Shown piece after piece: positions 28,831-37,371 of a DNA stretch of 64,000 nt. The DNA is from Hyphomicrobiales bacterium (GTDB lineage Bacteria; Pseudomonadota; Alphaproteobacteria; Rhizobiales; Xanthobacteraceae). Under the pieces are notes generated by a model. It was not told the DNA's origin. It was given only the letters and a program-made list of their open reading frames with translations, and made no database searches. The stretch lies in assembly GCA_021323775.1 (NCBI GenBank), contig JAJPKK010000155.1, positions 9,080 to 73,079 on the forward strand, in the 5' to 3' direction. A program made the position numbers and the translations under genes. How positions within the stretch are numbered: the stretch's first letter is position 1; each line of letters begins with the position of its first letter.

Positions 28831-29654
28831 ATTTTCGAGCGGTTCGAACCATTGGACGGCTGGCATCGCACCGAGCGCAGCAGCCCGAGATCGTTAACTT
28901 TCGCGCAGTCCGGGCGATCTACCTTTTTGAGATGTCGCGCACGGCGCGGACGCTGCTGCAGAGCATCGTCTCGCCGGTGATTTCGACGTCACTCTATTTC
29001 GTGGTGTTCGGCGCCGCCATCGGTTCGCGCATTACCGAGATCGAGGGCGTGAGCTACGGCGCCTTCATCGTGCCGGGCCTGATGATGATGATGCTCCTGA
29101 CTCAGAGTGTCGCGAACGCCTCATTCGGCATCTATTTTCCGAAATTCACCGGCACGATCTACGAAATTTTGTCGGCGCCGGTGTCTGCCTTCGAGATCGT
29201 GCTCGGCTATGTGGGCGCTGCAGCCAGCAAATCGATTATTCTCGGAATGATCATCCTGGCCACCGCAGGCCTGTTTGTCCCGTTGCGGCTCGACCATCCA
29301 GCGTGGATGCTGGCGTTTCTCGTGCTGACCGCGCTGACGTTCAGTCTGCTCGGCTTCATCATCGGCGTTTGGGCGGACGGGTTTGAGAAGCTGCAAGTCG
29401 TGCCGCTTCTCGTCATCACCCCGCTGAGCTTCCTGGGCGGCAGCTTTTACTCTATCAAGGTCCTGCCGCCGGTGTGGCAGACGATCGCTCTCATCAATCC
29501 GGTCGTCTATCTGATCAGCGGCTTCCGCTGGAGCTTTTACGGCATCGCGGATGTCAGCGTCAGCATCAGTTTGGGCATGACGGCGATATTCCTTGCCGTT
29601 TGCCTCGCGGTCGTGTGGTGGATTTTCAAGACCGGCTATCGGCTCAAGCGATAG
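28827..29654 (+). CDS. ABC-2 type transporter permease
   Basis: ATGA overlap with the ATPase gene and a six-helix hydrophobic profile. The N-terminus carries a duplicated NFRAVR segment. Confidence 0.85.
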   Translation: MNFRAVRTIGRLASHRAQQPEIVNFRAVRAIYLFEMSRTARTLLQSIVSPVISTSLYFVVFGAAIGSRITEIEGVSYGAFIVPGLMMMMLLTQSVANASFGIYFPKFTGTIYEILSAPVSAFEIVLGYVGAAASKSIILGMIILATAGLFVPLRLDHPAWMLAFLVLTALTFSLLGFIIGVWADGFEKLQVVPLLVITPLSFLGGSFYSIKVLPPVWQTIALINPVVYLISGFRWSFYGIADVSVSISLGMTAIFLAVCLAVVWWIFKTGYRLKR

Positions 29655-29701
29655 GCTATCCGAGACCGCAATTCCGAGAACAAATCCTGGGAGTAACGCC
29701 A

Positions 29702-30136
29702 ATGAAGATCAAGACTCCCGAAACGCTGTTCGCATCCGCCTTCGCCCTTGGGGTCGCGGCGGTGCTTGGCGCGCAGGCCAAACCGGCCGCCGCACAGACT
29801 CCTCCAGGGACCGCCTCGATGTATGCCTATGTGGGATCGTTTACCACCGCGGCGCGCAAGGCGCGCGGTGACGGCTTTCATGTTTATCGCGAAGATCCAG
29901 CGACCGGCGCGTGGGCGCACGTCCAGCACATCGGCGGCCTGGTCAATCCGTCCTACTTGGCGTTGAGCCACGACCAACGCTTTCTCTATTCGGTACATGG
30001 CGACGAGGATTACGCGACCGCCTTCGCGCTCGACCCGGCCACTGGCCAGGCGAAGCTCCTCAACCGCGCCGCGACCGGCGGCACGTTCACCATTACCCCG
30101 CCACGTTCACCGGCGCGCCTGTATCCAGCGACTTGA
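29702..30136 (+). pseudogene. 3'-truncated beta-propeller lactonase (6-phosphogluconolactonase/3-carboxymuconate cyclase-like) gene
   Basis: Signal peptide plus first blades only (MYAYVGSF..NPSYLALSHDQRFLYSV..FALDPATGQ). Recognisable similarity ends near nt 30083, and the frame then runs into the 3' end of the convergent oxidoreductase gene. About 127 of an expected roughly 350 or more residues remain. Confidence 0.6.
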
Positions 30137-31070
30137 TCACCGCCTCAAACGCGGCGGTGACGTCGATCAACTGGCGCGGCGAGATCGGAAATGGCGCGCG
30201 GCTCTCGACCGCATCCGCGAAGGATTCCGCCAGAGCACGCAAAGAATCAACCGGCGCGAATGTGTGCTCCATTGCGGGCGTCCCGATGTAGCCGGTCCTG
30301 AGATCTCTCTCGCCACGCGCCTCGGCGTCGCCCTTGGCGCCGAAGACATGAACGCGCCAGAACGGCACAGCAGCCCGCACGGTGGCCATCAGGCCGGTGG
30401 CGCCACTTCTAAATTCCATCAAGACCGCGACCACATCGCGCGGATCGGGCGGCGGCTTCGGGGCCGCTGATTTCGCGTGAACCTGGCGGATCGGACCGGC
30501 AAGGTCCACCAGCGCATCAAGCACATGGAGGCCGCAGCCCGTCATGCCGAGCGCCGGCGATTCCGCGGGGTCGTCGCGCCAGCCGCGCGGAAGTGCGTGC
30601 GTCGAATATTCGTTCGAGAAATGCCCTTCAACATGCAGGATGCTCCCGAGGGCGCCGCCTTCGACGATGCGTTTTAGTTCGCGCATCGATGAATAGCAGC
30701 GCCGGTTGTACCCGCAGCCAAGGGGCACGCCGGCGTCCCGGCAAGCCGCGACGGCCTGCTCGGCTCCGGCGCGGGTCAGCGCGAGCGGCTTTTCGCACCA
30801 CACCGCCTTTCCGGCTGCGGCGACCGCAATCACTTGCTCCACATGCAGGGAGTGCGGCGTGGCAAGAAAAACGGCGTCGACTTCGGGATCGCGCGCGGCC
30901 TGTGCGAGCGCGGTCGTCAAGGCAAGGTCATGCCGCGAGGCAAAATCGCGCGCTCGCGCAGGATCGCGCACCACGGCGCAGACGAAGCGGATGCGGTTCG
31001 ATTTGCCTTGCACCGCCGCGACAAGCGCCTGACCCCAGCGTCCCAAACCCACAATGGCGGCGTTGATCAT
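30093..31070 (-). CDS. Gfo/Idh/MocA family oxidoreductase
   Basis: Rossmann N-terminus MINAAIVGLGRWG. Start overlaps the upstream amidohydrolase stop (ATGA). Confidence 0.85.
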   Translation of the reverse strand: MINAAIVGLGRWGQALVAAVQGKSNRIRFVCAVVRDPARARDFASRHDLALTTALAQAARDPEVDAVFLATPHSLHVEQVIAVAAAGKAVWCEKPLALTRAGAEQAVAACRDAGVPLGCGYNRRCYSSMRELKRIVEGGALGSILHVEGHFSNEYSTHALPRGWRDDPAESPALGMTGCGLHVLDALVDLAGPIRQVHAKSAAPKPPPDPRDVVAVLMEFRSGATGLMATVRAAVPFWRVHVFGAKGDAEARGERDLRTGYIGTPAMEHTFAPVDSLRALAESFADAVESRAPFPISPRQLIDVTAAFEAVIKSLDTGAPVNVAG

Positions 31071-32029
31071 TTTAGCAATAGCCCCACATTCCCCGATAGG
31101 ATCTTCTCGCCATCCGCCCCGAGCGCCCGCACATTGCGAACGAAATCGCGCACCGCCGCGCGGGCGCGGATTTCCTGCGGATAATCTGTGGCGAACACGA
31201 TGCGCGCGGCGGGAATTTCGATGAGCGCCGTCTTCACCGAGGAGATCGCCCCGCAGAATCCCGCCGTGTCGAACACCATGTTGTGTCGAAGGTAGTGGTC
31301 GAAATCATGCTTCGGCGTGACGCCGTGGCGCGGGTTGCCGGCGGTGCCCCAGAAGGTCTTGTCCTGGTAGCTGCGCACGCGTCCGAGCATCGAGGCGATG
31401 CCGCCGCCGAGATGCGCCATGTGCACGATGAGGCCAGGATGGCGATCGAACACGCCCGAATTGATGAGCCGGATCGTCGCCATGATGAGAGAGAACTCCC
31501 GGCCGACCGAACGCGCCGTATCGTAGCGGTCGAAACTTCGAGAAAAATTGAGCTTCAGGGCCGGATGCACGAATACGAACACGCCGAGCCTTTCGCATTC
31601 CGTCCAGAATGGCTCGTAGTCGGGCGCATCGAGACACTTGCCATCGGCCTCCGACGTGATGACGACGCCCCGAAACCCGAATTCATGCTTGCAGCGGTTG
31701 AGCTCTTTCAGCGCCTCCGGCCCGCCGAGCGGATTGGCATGCGCCGCGCCGATGAAGCGGCCCGGATAGTCCTGTTCGGCCTGCTTGGCGCGCTCGTTGC
31801 AGATCTTCGACCGGTCAAGATCTGCCGCCATGCCGGCCGCGCTTGTCAGCCACGCCGCGTCGATCCCGGCCTCATCCATCATGCGGACGTGCTCGTCGAG
31901 ATCATAGAGGAGCGAGTGCACGGTATAGCTCGGCGCCCCGTTCTCGTCGTAGTGGAGGACAAGCCGATCGCTAGGATCGTCCTTGATGAGCTCGCGCGGC
32001 GTGAAGTGGTGCTGGAAGTCGACGATCAT
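31067..32029 (-). CDS. amidohydrolase_2 family protein
   Basis: MIVDFQHHFTP (HxH metal motif); 320 aa; typical TIM-barrel hydrolase length. Confidence 0.85.
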   Translation of the reverse strand: MIVDFQHHFTPRELIKDDPSDRLVLHYDENGAPSYTVHSLLYDLDEHVRMMDEAGIDAAWLTSAAGMAADLDRSKICNERAKQAEQDYPGRFIGAAHANPLGGPEALKELNRCKHEFGFRGVVITSEADGKCLDAPDYEPFWTECERLGVFVFVHPALKLNFSRSFDRYDTARSVGREFSLIMATIRLINSGVFDRHPGLIVHMAHLGGGIASMLGRVRSYQDKTFWGTAGNPRHGVTPKHDFDHYLRHNMVFDTAGFCGAISSVKTALIEIPAARIVFATDYPQEIRARAAVRDFVRNVRALGADGEKILSGNVGLLLK

Positions 32030-32032
32030 TGT

Positions 32033-32413
32033 TCAAGCGCCGGTCTTCGAGACAAACGTCACGCCCGGCAACCCGCGGAAGTGCGCGTCGCAGGTCAGCA
32101 GGTCGGCTTTATATTCCAAGGCCGTGGCGTAAACAACGGCATCCGCTGTCGCAAGCTTGTGCTTGCTGCATATCTCCGCCGCCGCCAGTGCGATCTTCGT
32201 ATCGAGCGGCACAACAGAACATTTCAGCGTGAAAGCGATCACCTGATCGGCTTTGTCCTCGCCGACTTCGCGAGCGAGCCACTTCGCCAGTTCAAGTTGC
32301 ACGATGGTTGGGACGAGCCAGCCCGCCCGTGCAGGTATCGCGACGTCAACGGATTTCCCCGTCGGCGATGCGATCAACCACTCGATCCATGCAGACGTAT
32401 CGACGAGCCGCAT
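32033..32413 (-). CDS. vapC: type II toxin VapC (PIN-domain ribonuclease)
   Basis: ORF trimmed to MRLVDTSAWIEWL. PIN acidic residues are in the DTS, ..LE.., ..TADAVV.. and ..LLTCDAHF contexts. Overlaps the vapB stop by 1 nt (TGATG). Confidence 0.85.
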   Translation of the reverse strand: MRLVDTSAWIEWLIASPTGKSVDVAIPARAGWLVPTIVQLELAKWLAREVGEDKADQVIAFTLKCSVVPLDTKIALAAAEICSKHKLATADAVVYATALEYKADLLTCDAHFRGLPGVTFVSKTGA

Positions 32414-32631
32414 CAGAAACGGTCGTTGCGATCGCGGTAGTCCTCCGCCTTCGCGCCTTTGGCGATACCGGCGAGGTCTTTGCGCTCCGGCACCGGAACC
32501 AGGAGCACGCCCGTTCCCTTGGGAATGAACGCAAACTCCTGGCCCGCTTTCCACTTGCGGGCGTCGCGCACCGCCTTGGGGATCGAAATCTGGAATTTCG
32601 CCGAAAGCGTCGCCGTATCGGGCATAGTCAT
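32413..32631 (-). CDS. vapB: AbrB/SpoVT-family antitoxin VapB
   Basis: LSAKFQISIPKAVRDARKWKAGQEFAFIPKG is a SpoVT/AbrB-like swapped-hairpin motif. 72 aa, immediately upstream of vapC. Confidence 0.8.
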   Translation of the reverse strand: MTMPDTATLSAKFQISIPKAVRDARKWKAGQEFAFIPKGTGVLLVPVPERKDLAGIAKGAKAEDYRDRNDRF

Positions 32632-32842
32632 ACCGTTGTTTGATCGATCATGGATTTGTAAGAAATTAGCACAGGCTGAGCTCTCCGGGAAGTCTCATTT
32701 GCCGAACCCAGGCGATTTCCAAAGAATGCGCGCTGGGGCGCGCGAGATCGGGTAGGCCATGCTAAACTTGCAAGTCAACCGCCCGAGCGTGGTCTGCGTT
32801 AAGTTGGCGCTGTAACGGCGGTGCGGCAGCGAGGAGGAGCCC

Positions 32843-35800
32843 ATGAGCGTGGCAACCGCAAAGTTTTCCGTCATCTTGTGGAGCTTCGCCCAATTGATGA
32901 AGCTGCAGGCGCGCCGGTACGAGACATTTCGCCAGCGCCTGCGCGAGCGCAATCTCGTGGCGCAGATCAAGGCGCGCGATGAGGAGATTGGGCGCTGGTT
33001 CGAAGTGCGCAACGGCAAGGTGAGATCGGGCGCTGGGTTTCACAGGGCCCCTGACATCACGCTTGCATTCAAGGATGCAGCGCTTGGCGCGTCGCTCCTG
33101 ACGCCGCCGATCAACTGGCTCGATCAGATCAACGCCCAGAAGGATTTCAAGCTCACGGTCGACGGCCCCGATGATCTCACCAATTGGTGGGCTCAGACCA
33201 TGATGGCGAGCATGACGGCCGGTTGGAGGTTCGGCACACAGCTCGCCGACGGCGCCATGCGCTATTGCAACATGACCAACGGCGGCCCGGTCTTCGTCTA
33301 TGTCAAAGACGGCAAGATCGTCCGCATGACGCCGATCGAATTCGACTCTACCGATCCGCAGCCGTGGACCATTCAGGCGCGCGGCCTCAAGCTGACGCCG
33401 CCGCGCAAGACGACGCTCGCGCCGCACGGGCAGAACGCGAAATCGATTGTGTACTCGCCGGACCGCCTCCTCCATCCGATGAAGCGGGTCGACTTCGATC
33501 CCAATGGCAGCCGCAACCCGCATAACCGCGGCAAATCCGGCTATGTGCGCATTTCGTGGGATGAGGCGCTCGACCTCGTCGCTTGCGAGATCAAGCGGCT
33601 CAAGAGCACCTATGGGCCCGGCGTGATGGCGGTGTCGCACGGCTCACATCATACCTGGGGCAATATCGGCTACTATCTCTCGGCCCTGCATCGCTTCCGC
33701 AATGCGGTCGGTTATACCCAGGTGCACCATAATCCCGATAGCTGGGAGGGATGGTATTGGGGCGCGGTGCATCACTGGGGCTACACGCTGCGCGTCGGCC
33801 AGTCCGAGACCTACGGCACTGTCGAGGACTGCCTGCAGAACTGCGACATGATCGTGTTCTGGGCGGCGGACCCCGAAACGACGAGCGGCTCCTACGGAGC
33901 GCAGGAGGGCACTGTCCGCCGCCAGTGGCTCAAGAACCCCAAGCTCGGCATCAAGGTGGTTCACGTCGATCCATATTACAACGCGTCGGCGCAATTCCTC
34001 CCCGGCAAATGGCTTGCGCCGCGGCCGACCACCTCGGTCGCCATGGCGATGGCGATCGCCTATGTGTGGATCAAGGAAAACCTCTACGACAAGGAATATG
34101 TCCGCACGCACACGGTCGGTTTCGATGCGTGGAAAGACTATCTCCTCGGCGTTGAGGACGGTGTCCCCAAGACTCCGGAATGGCAGGAAACGGAGACCGG
34201 CGTTCCGGCAAAGGACGTGCGCGCGCTGGCCCGCGAGTGGGGTAGGAAGCGCGTGTACCTCGCGCCCGGCGGCTGGGGCAACGGCCATGGCGGCGCCTGC
34301 CGCAATCAGACCGGCATCCAATGGGCGCGCGTCATGGTGTGCCTCATCGCCATGCAGGGGCTCGGCAAGCCCGGCGTCAACATGGGCAATCTGCAATGGG
34401 GCTGTCCGCTCGACTTTAATTTCTATTTTCCGGGCTATGCTGACGGCGGCATGTCGGGCGATCTCGAAAACACCTCGATGCCGGTCGAGCTTTATCAGCG
34501 CATGCCGCAACTGCCGACCATTTCGTCGACGTTCCAGCGCATCCCGCGCATCTGGATGCCGGAGGCAATCGCGGACGGCAAGGCCGAGGGCTACGCCTGG
34601 GTCGGCAAGTCGATCGAGCACCAGTTCGCGAAATTCACCTACCCGGCGCCGGGCCATGCGCCTGTGAAGATGCTCTACAAGTACGGCGGCTCGATGCTGT
34701 CCACCATGAACAACACCAACCGCCATGTGCGGATGTATCAATCCGAGAACCTCGAATTTGTCGTCAACCAGTCGATCTGGTTCGAGGGCGAGGCGAAATT
34801 CGCCGACGTCATCCTGCCGGCCTGCACCAATTTCGAGCGCGTCGACATCAGCGAATGGGCAGGGCTCGGCGGTTATGGCCACCACGGTCAGCAGCAGCTC
34901 AACCATCGCGTCATCGTGTTCCAGGCGCCTGCGATCGCGCCGCTCGGAGAATCGAAATCCGACTATTGGATATTTACGGAGATCTGCAAGCGGCTCGGCC
35001 TCGCCAATTATTTCAACGAGGGGATGAATGAGATCGACTGGGTCAAGCGGCTGTTCGACGCTTCCGACCTGCCCAAGCACATATCCTGGAAGGAGTTCAT
35101 CCGCCGGGGCTACTTTGTGGTGCCGGCCGAGAAGGAGAAGCTGCGCGCGCCGGTGTCCTTCCGCTGGTTCTGGGAAAATCGCAAGAAAGACGTTCCCGAG
35201 GCTCATCCGTTGCCGTCCGACTATGCGCGGGAATTTCAGCGCGGTCTGCAGACGCAGTCCGGCAAGCTCGAATTCGAGTGCAACAGCCTCAAGCGTTTCA
35301 GCGACCCCGAACGGCCGCCGATCGTGAGATACGAGGCATCATGGGAGGGGCGGCACTCGGGCGCGACGTTCGACCGCTATCCGCTTCAGCTCCTGACGCC
35401 GCATTCGAAATACTCGTTCCACACCCAGGGCGACGGCAAGGATTCGTTCCTTCTCAACATCGCTGACCACCGCGTCAACGTGAATGGCTATTACTACTGG
35501 GTGCTGCGCCTCAACGCGAAGGATGCGGCCGAGCGCGGCATCAAGAAGAACGATCTCGTGAAAGTCTTCAACGACCGCGGCGCCGTCATCTGCGCCGCGC
35601 TGCCGACCGAGCGCCTCGCCCGCGGCGTCTGCCATGGCTACGAGTCGTCGGCCGTATACGATCCGATGGGCGAGCCGGGGAAGTCGGTCGATCGCGGCGG
35701 CTGCCTCAATCTGCTGACACCGGAACGCACGCAGACCAAGTCCACCCATTCGCTGGCAGGCGCAAACGCGTTGGTGCAAGTCGAGTTGTGGGACGGCCGC

Positions 35801-35893
35801 ACGGAGCACGTGTCGGCGGTATTTGCCGAGATGGAGAAGGGCCAGGAGGTCAAGCGCATGCTTGATGCGGCGAGCCTGGTGCCGGCGAAGTGA
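32843..35893 (+). CDS. molybdopterin (bis-MGD) oxidoreductase alpha subunit, pyrogallol transhydroxylase/resorcinol hydroxylase-like, with an N-terminal SCP2-like extension
   Basis: SD GAGGAGGAG lies 4 nt upstream of the ATG. The core from about aa 143 ([21 protein letters not shown].., [39 protein letters not shown]) matches my recollection of Pelobacter AthL. There is no twin-arginine signal and no N-terminal Cys cluster. Residues 1-140 are high-GC3 coding and look SCP2-like. Confidence 0.85.
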   Translation: MSVATAKFSVILWSFAQLMKLQARRYETFRQRLRERNLVAQIKARDEEIGRWFEVRNGKVRSGAGFHRAPDITLAFKDAALGASLLTPPINWLDQINAQKDFKLTVDGPDDLTNWWAQTMMASMTAGWRFGTQLADGAMRYCNMTNGGPVFVYVKDGKIVRMTPIEFDSTDPQPWTIQARGLKLTPPRKTTLAPHGQNAKSIVYSPDRLLHPMKRVDFDPNGSRNPHNRGKSGYVRISWDEALDLVACEIKRLKSTYGPGVMAVSHGSHHTWGNIGYYLSALHRFRNAVGYTQVHHNPDSWEGWYWGAVHHWGYTLRVGQSETYGTVEDCLQNCDMIVFWAADPETTSGSYGAQEGTVRRQWLKNPKLGIKVVHVDPYYNASAQFLPGKWLAPRPTTSVAMAMAIAYVWIKENLYDKEYVRTHTVGFDAWKDYLLGVEDGVPKTPEWQETETGVPAKDVRALAREWGRKRVYLAPGGWGNGHGGACRNQTGIQWARVMVCLIAMQGLGKPGVNMGNLQWGCPLDFNFYFPGYADGGMSGDLENTSMPVELYQRMPQLPTISSTFQRIPRIWMPEAIADGKAEGYAWVGKSIEHQFAKFTYPAPGHAPVKMLYKYGGSMLSTMNNTNRHVRMYQSENLEFVVNQSIWFEGEAKFADVILPACTNFERVDISEWAGLGGYGHHGQQQLNHRVIVFQAPAIAPLGESKSDYWIFTEICKRLGLANYFNEGMNEIDWVKRLFDASDLPKHISWKEFIRRGYFVVPAEKEKLRAPVSFRWFWENRKKDVPEAHPLPSDYAREFQRGLQTQSGKLEFECNSLKRFSDPERPPIVRYEASWEGRHSGATFDRYPLQLLTPHSKYSFHTQGDGKDSFLLNIADHRVNVNGYYYWVLRLNAKDAAERGIKKNDLVKVFNDRGAVICAALPTERLARGVCHGYESSAVYDPMGEPGKSVDRGGCLNLLTPERTQTKSTHSLAGANALVQVELWDGRTEHVSAVFAEMEKGQEVKRMLDAASLVPAK

Positions 35894-35894
35894 T

Positions 35895-35927
35895 CTTCTC
35901 CCTCCCTCGCAAGCGGGGGGGGGAGAA
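35895..35927. repeat. REP family A hairpin between alpha and beta subunit genes
   Basis: cttctccctccctcgcaagcgggggggggagaag, a near-perfect palindrome. Confidence 0.65.
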
Positions 35928-35987
35928 GCAAAGGGACCGGTCTCCGTGACGCTCGATCCGGCATTCTGTGCTGTTCAGGGTGAGCAA

Positions 35988-36827
35988 ATGTCCAAATGGA
36001 ACATGATCATCGATGTCGCCGAGTGCACCAATTGCCAACTTTGCACGCTCGCCACCATGGACGAGTACGTCGGCAATGATTTCCCTGGCTATGCGGCGGC
36101 GATGCCGAAGCACGGCCATCGGTGGATCGATATCCTCCAGAAGGAGCGCGGTCAGGCGCCGATGATCGACATCGCTTACGTTCCAACCATGTGCAACCAT
36201 TGCGATGATGCGCCGTGCATCAAGGCCGCGAAGCACGGCGCGATCACGAAGCGCGATGACGGCATTGTCATCATCGATCCGGTCAAGGCCAAAGGGCAGA
36301 AGCAACTCATCGATGCGTGCCCGTATGGCCATATCTGGTGGAACGAAGAGCTGCAGCTGCCGCAGCACTGGCCGTTCGACGCGCATCTCATCGACCAGGG
36401 CTGGAAAGAGACCCGCGGCCAGCAGTCATGTCCGACCGGCGCGATGCGGGCCATCAAGGTGGACGATGCCGAAATGGCGCGGATGGTGCGTGAAGAAGGT
36501 CTGGAAGTCCTCGGAGAGGACCTGGGCACAAAGCCGCGGGTCTACTATCGCAACCTGTGGCGCTACACGAAATGCTTCATCGGCGGCACGGTTTCGGCCG
36601 AGGCGAACGGCGTCGTAGATTGCGTCGAAGGGGCATGCGTCCGGCTCATCAAATCCGGCGCCGTCATCGCTGAGACCACGAGCGACAATTACGGCGACTT
36701 CAAATTCGACAGGCTCGATGAGCATTCCGGGGCCTATACGGTCGAAATCGAGGCGAAAGGCCGGCCAGGCAAATCCGTCGAGACGCGCCTTGGCGTCAGC
36801 GTCAATCTGGGCGAGATCAGGCTGTAG
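35988..36827 (+). CDS. 4Fe-4S ferredoxin-type beta subunit (BthL-like) with C-terminal Ig-like domain
   Basis: ORF trimmed to MSKWNMIIDVAECTNCQLC. Also CNHCDDAPC, DACPYG, SCPTGA. C-terminal region PRVYYRNLWRY..GDFKFDRLD..YTVEIEAKG. Confidence 0.85.
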   Translation: MSKWNMIIDVAECTNCQLCTLATMDEYVGNDFPGYAAAMPKHGHRWIDILQKERGQAPMIDIAYVPTMCNHCDDAPCIKAAKHGAITKRDDGIVIIDPVKAKGQKQLIDACPYGHIWWNEELQLPQHWPFDAHLIDQGWKETRGQQSCPTGAMRAIKVDDAEMARMVREEGLEVLGEDLGTKPRVYYRNLWRYTKCFIGGTVSAEANGVVDCVEGACVRLIKSGAVIAETTSDNYGDFKFDRLDEHSGAYTVEIEAKGRPGKSVETRLGVSVNLGEIRL

Positions 36828-36829
36828 CA

Positions 36830-37309
36830 ATGCCGGAGCCGACGCCGCTCATCGCTCCGGCTCTGGCCAATGCATACGGAGCGCTTGCCCCGGTCGCGGA
36901 AGCGCTGCTTCGCGCCGTCGTCGGCCTTGCTCTCGTACCTCACGGGCTGCGCATGACCTTCGGCTGGTTCGCCGGCACCGGCCTCAAGGTCAATAGCCTG
37001 CAAGCTTTGGCCGCGCAGCTCGATCAAACCGGCTACCGTCCGGGCTTTCTATGGGCGCCGGCAATCTCGGCCACCGAACTCGTCTGCGGACCGCTCCTCG
37101 CTCTCGGCTTGTTCACGCGGCCGGCCGCACTGCCGGTCTTCATCTTCCTCGCGGTATCGAACGTCGAGCGGTGGCGGGTGGGCGGCTATTTCTGGAATAC
37201 GCTCGGTCTCGAATACACCCTTTTGTGGACGGTCGCGGCGTTCTATTTCCTTGTTCACGGCGGCGGCGCTTACTCGCTTGATCATTTTTTGATCGGTTGG
37301 GAGGTTTGA
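36830..37309 (+). CDS. DoxX family membrane protein
   Basis: ATG is 2 nt after the beta-subunit stop. Four hydrophobic helices; LVPHGLRM..ELVCGPLLALGLFTRPAA..GGGAYSLD is typical of DoxX. Confidence 0.8.
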   Translation: MPEPTPLIAPALANAYGALAPVAEALLRAVVGLALVPHGLRMTFGWFAGTGLKVNSLQALAAQLDQTGYRPGFLWAPAISATELVCGPLLALGLFTRPAALPVFIFLAVSNVERWRVGGYFWNTLGLEYTLLWTVAAFYFLVHGGGAYSLDHFLIGWEV

Positions 37310-37323
37310 CATTTCGGGTCGCC

Positions 37324-37369
37324 GCCCCCTCCCTACCCTCCCGGCCTGCGAAGCAGGATAGGGAAGGAT
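37324..37369. repeat. REP family A-like unit
   Basis: ccccctccctaccctcccggcctgcgaagcaggatagggaagga. Confidence 0.5.
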
Positions 37370-37371
37370 AG

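Noticed and set aside
33644-35206. 520-aa ORF (and 32762..33640) antisense to the molybdoenzyme alpha subunit
   Set aside because: The sense strand matches a well-defined enzyme family along its whole length. The antisense frames have low-complexity Arg/His/Asp-rich content.
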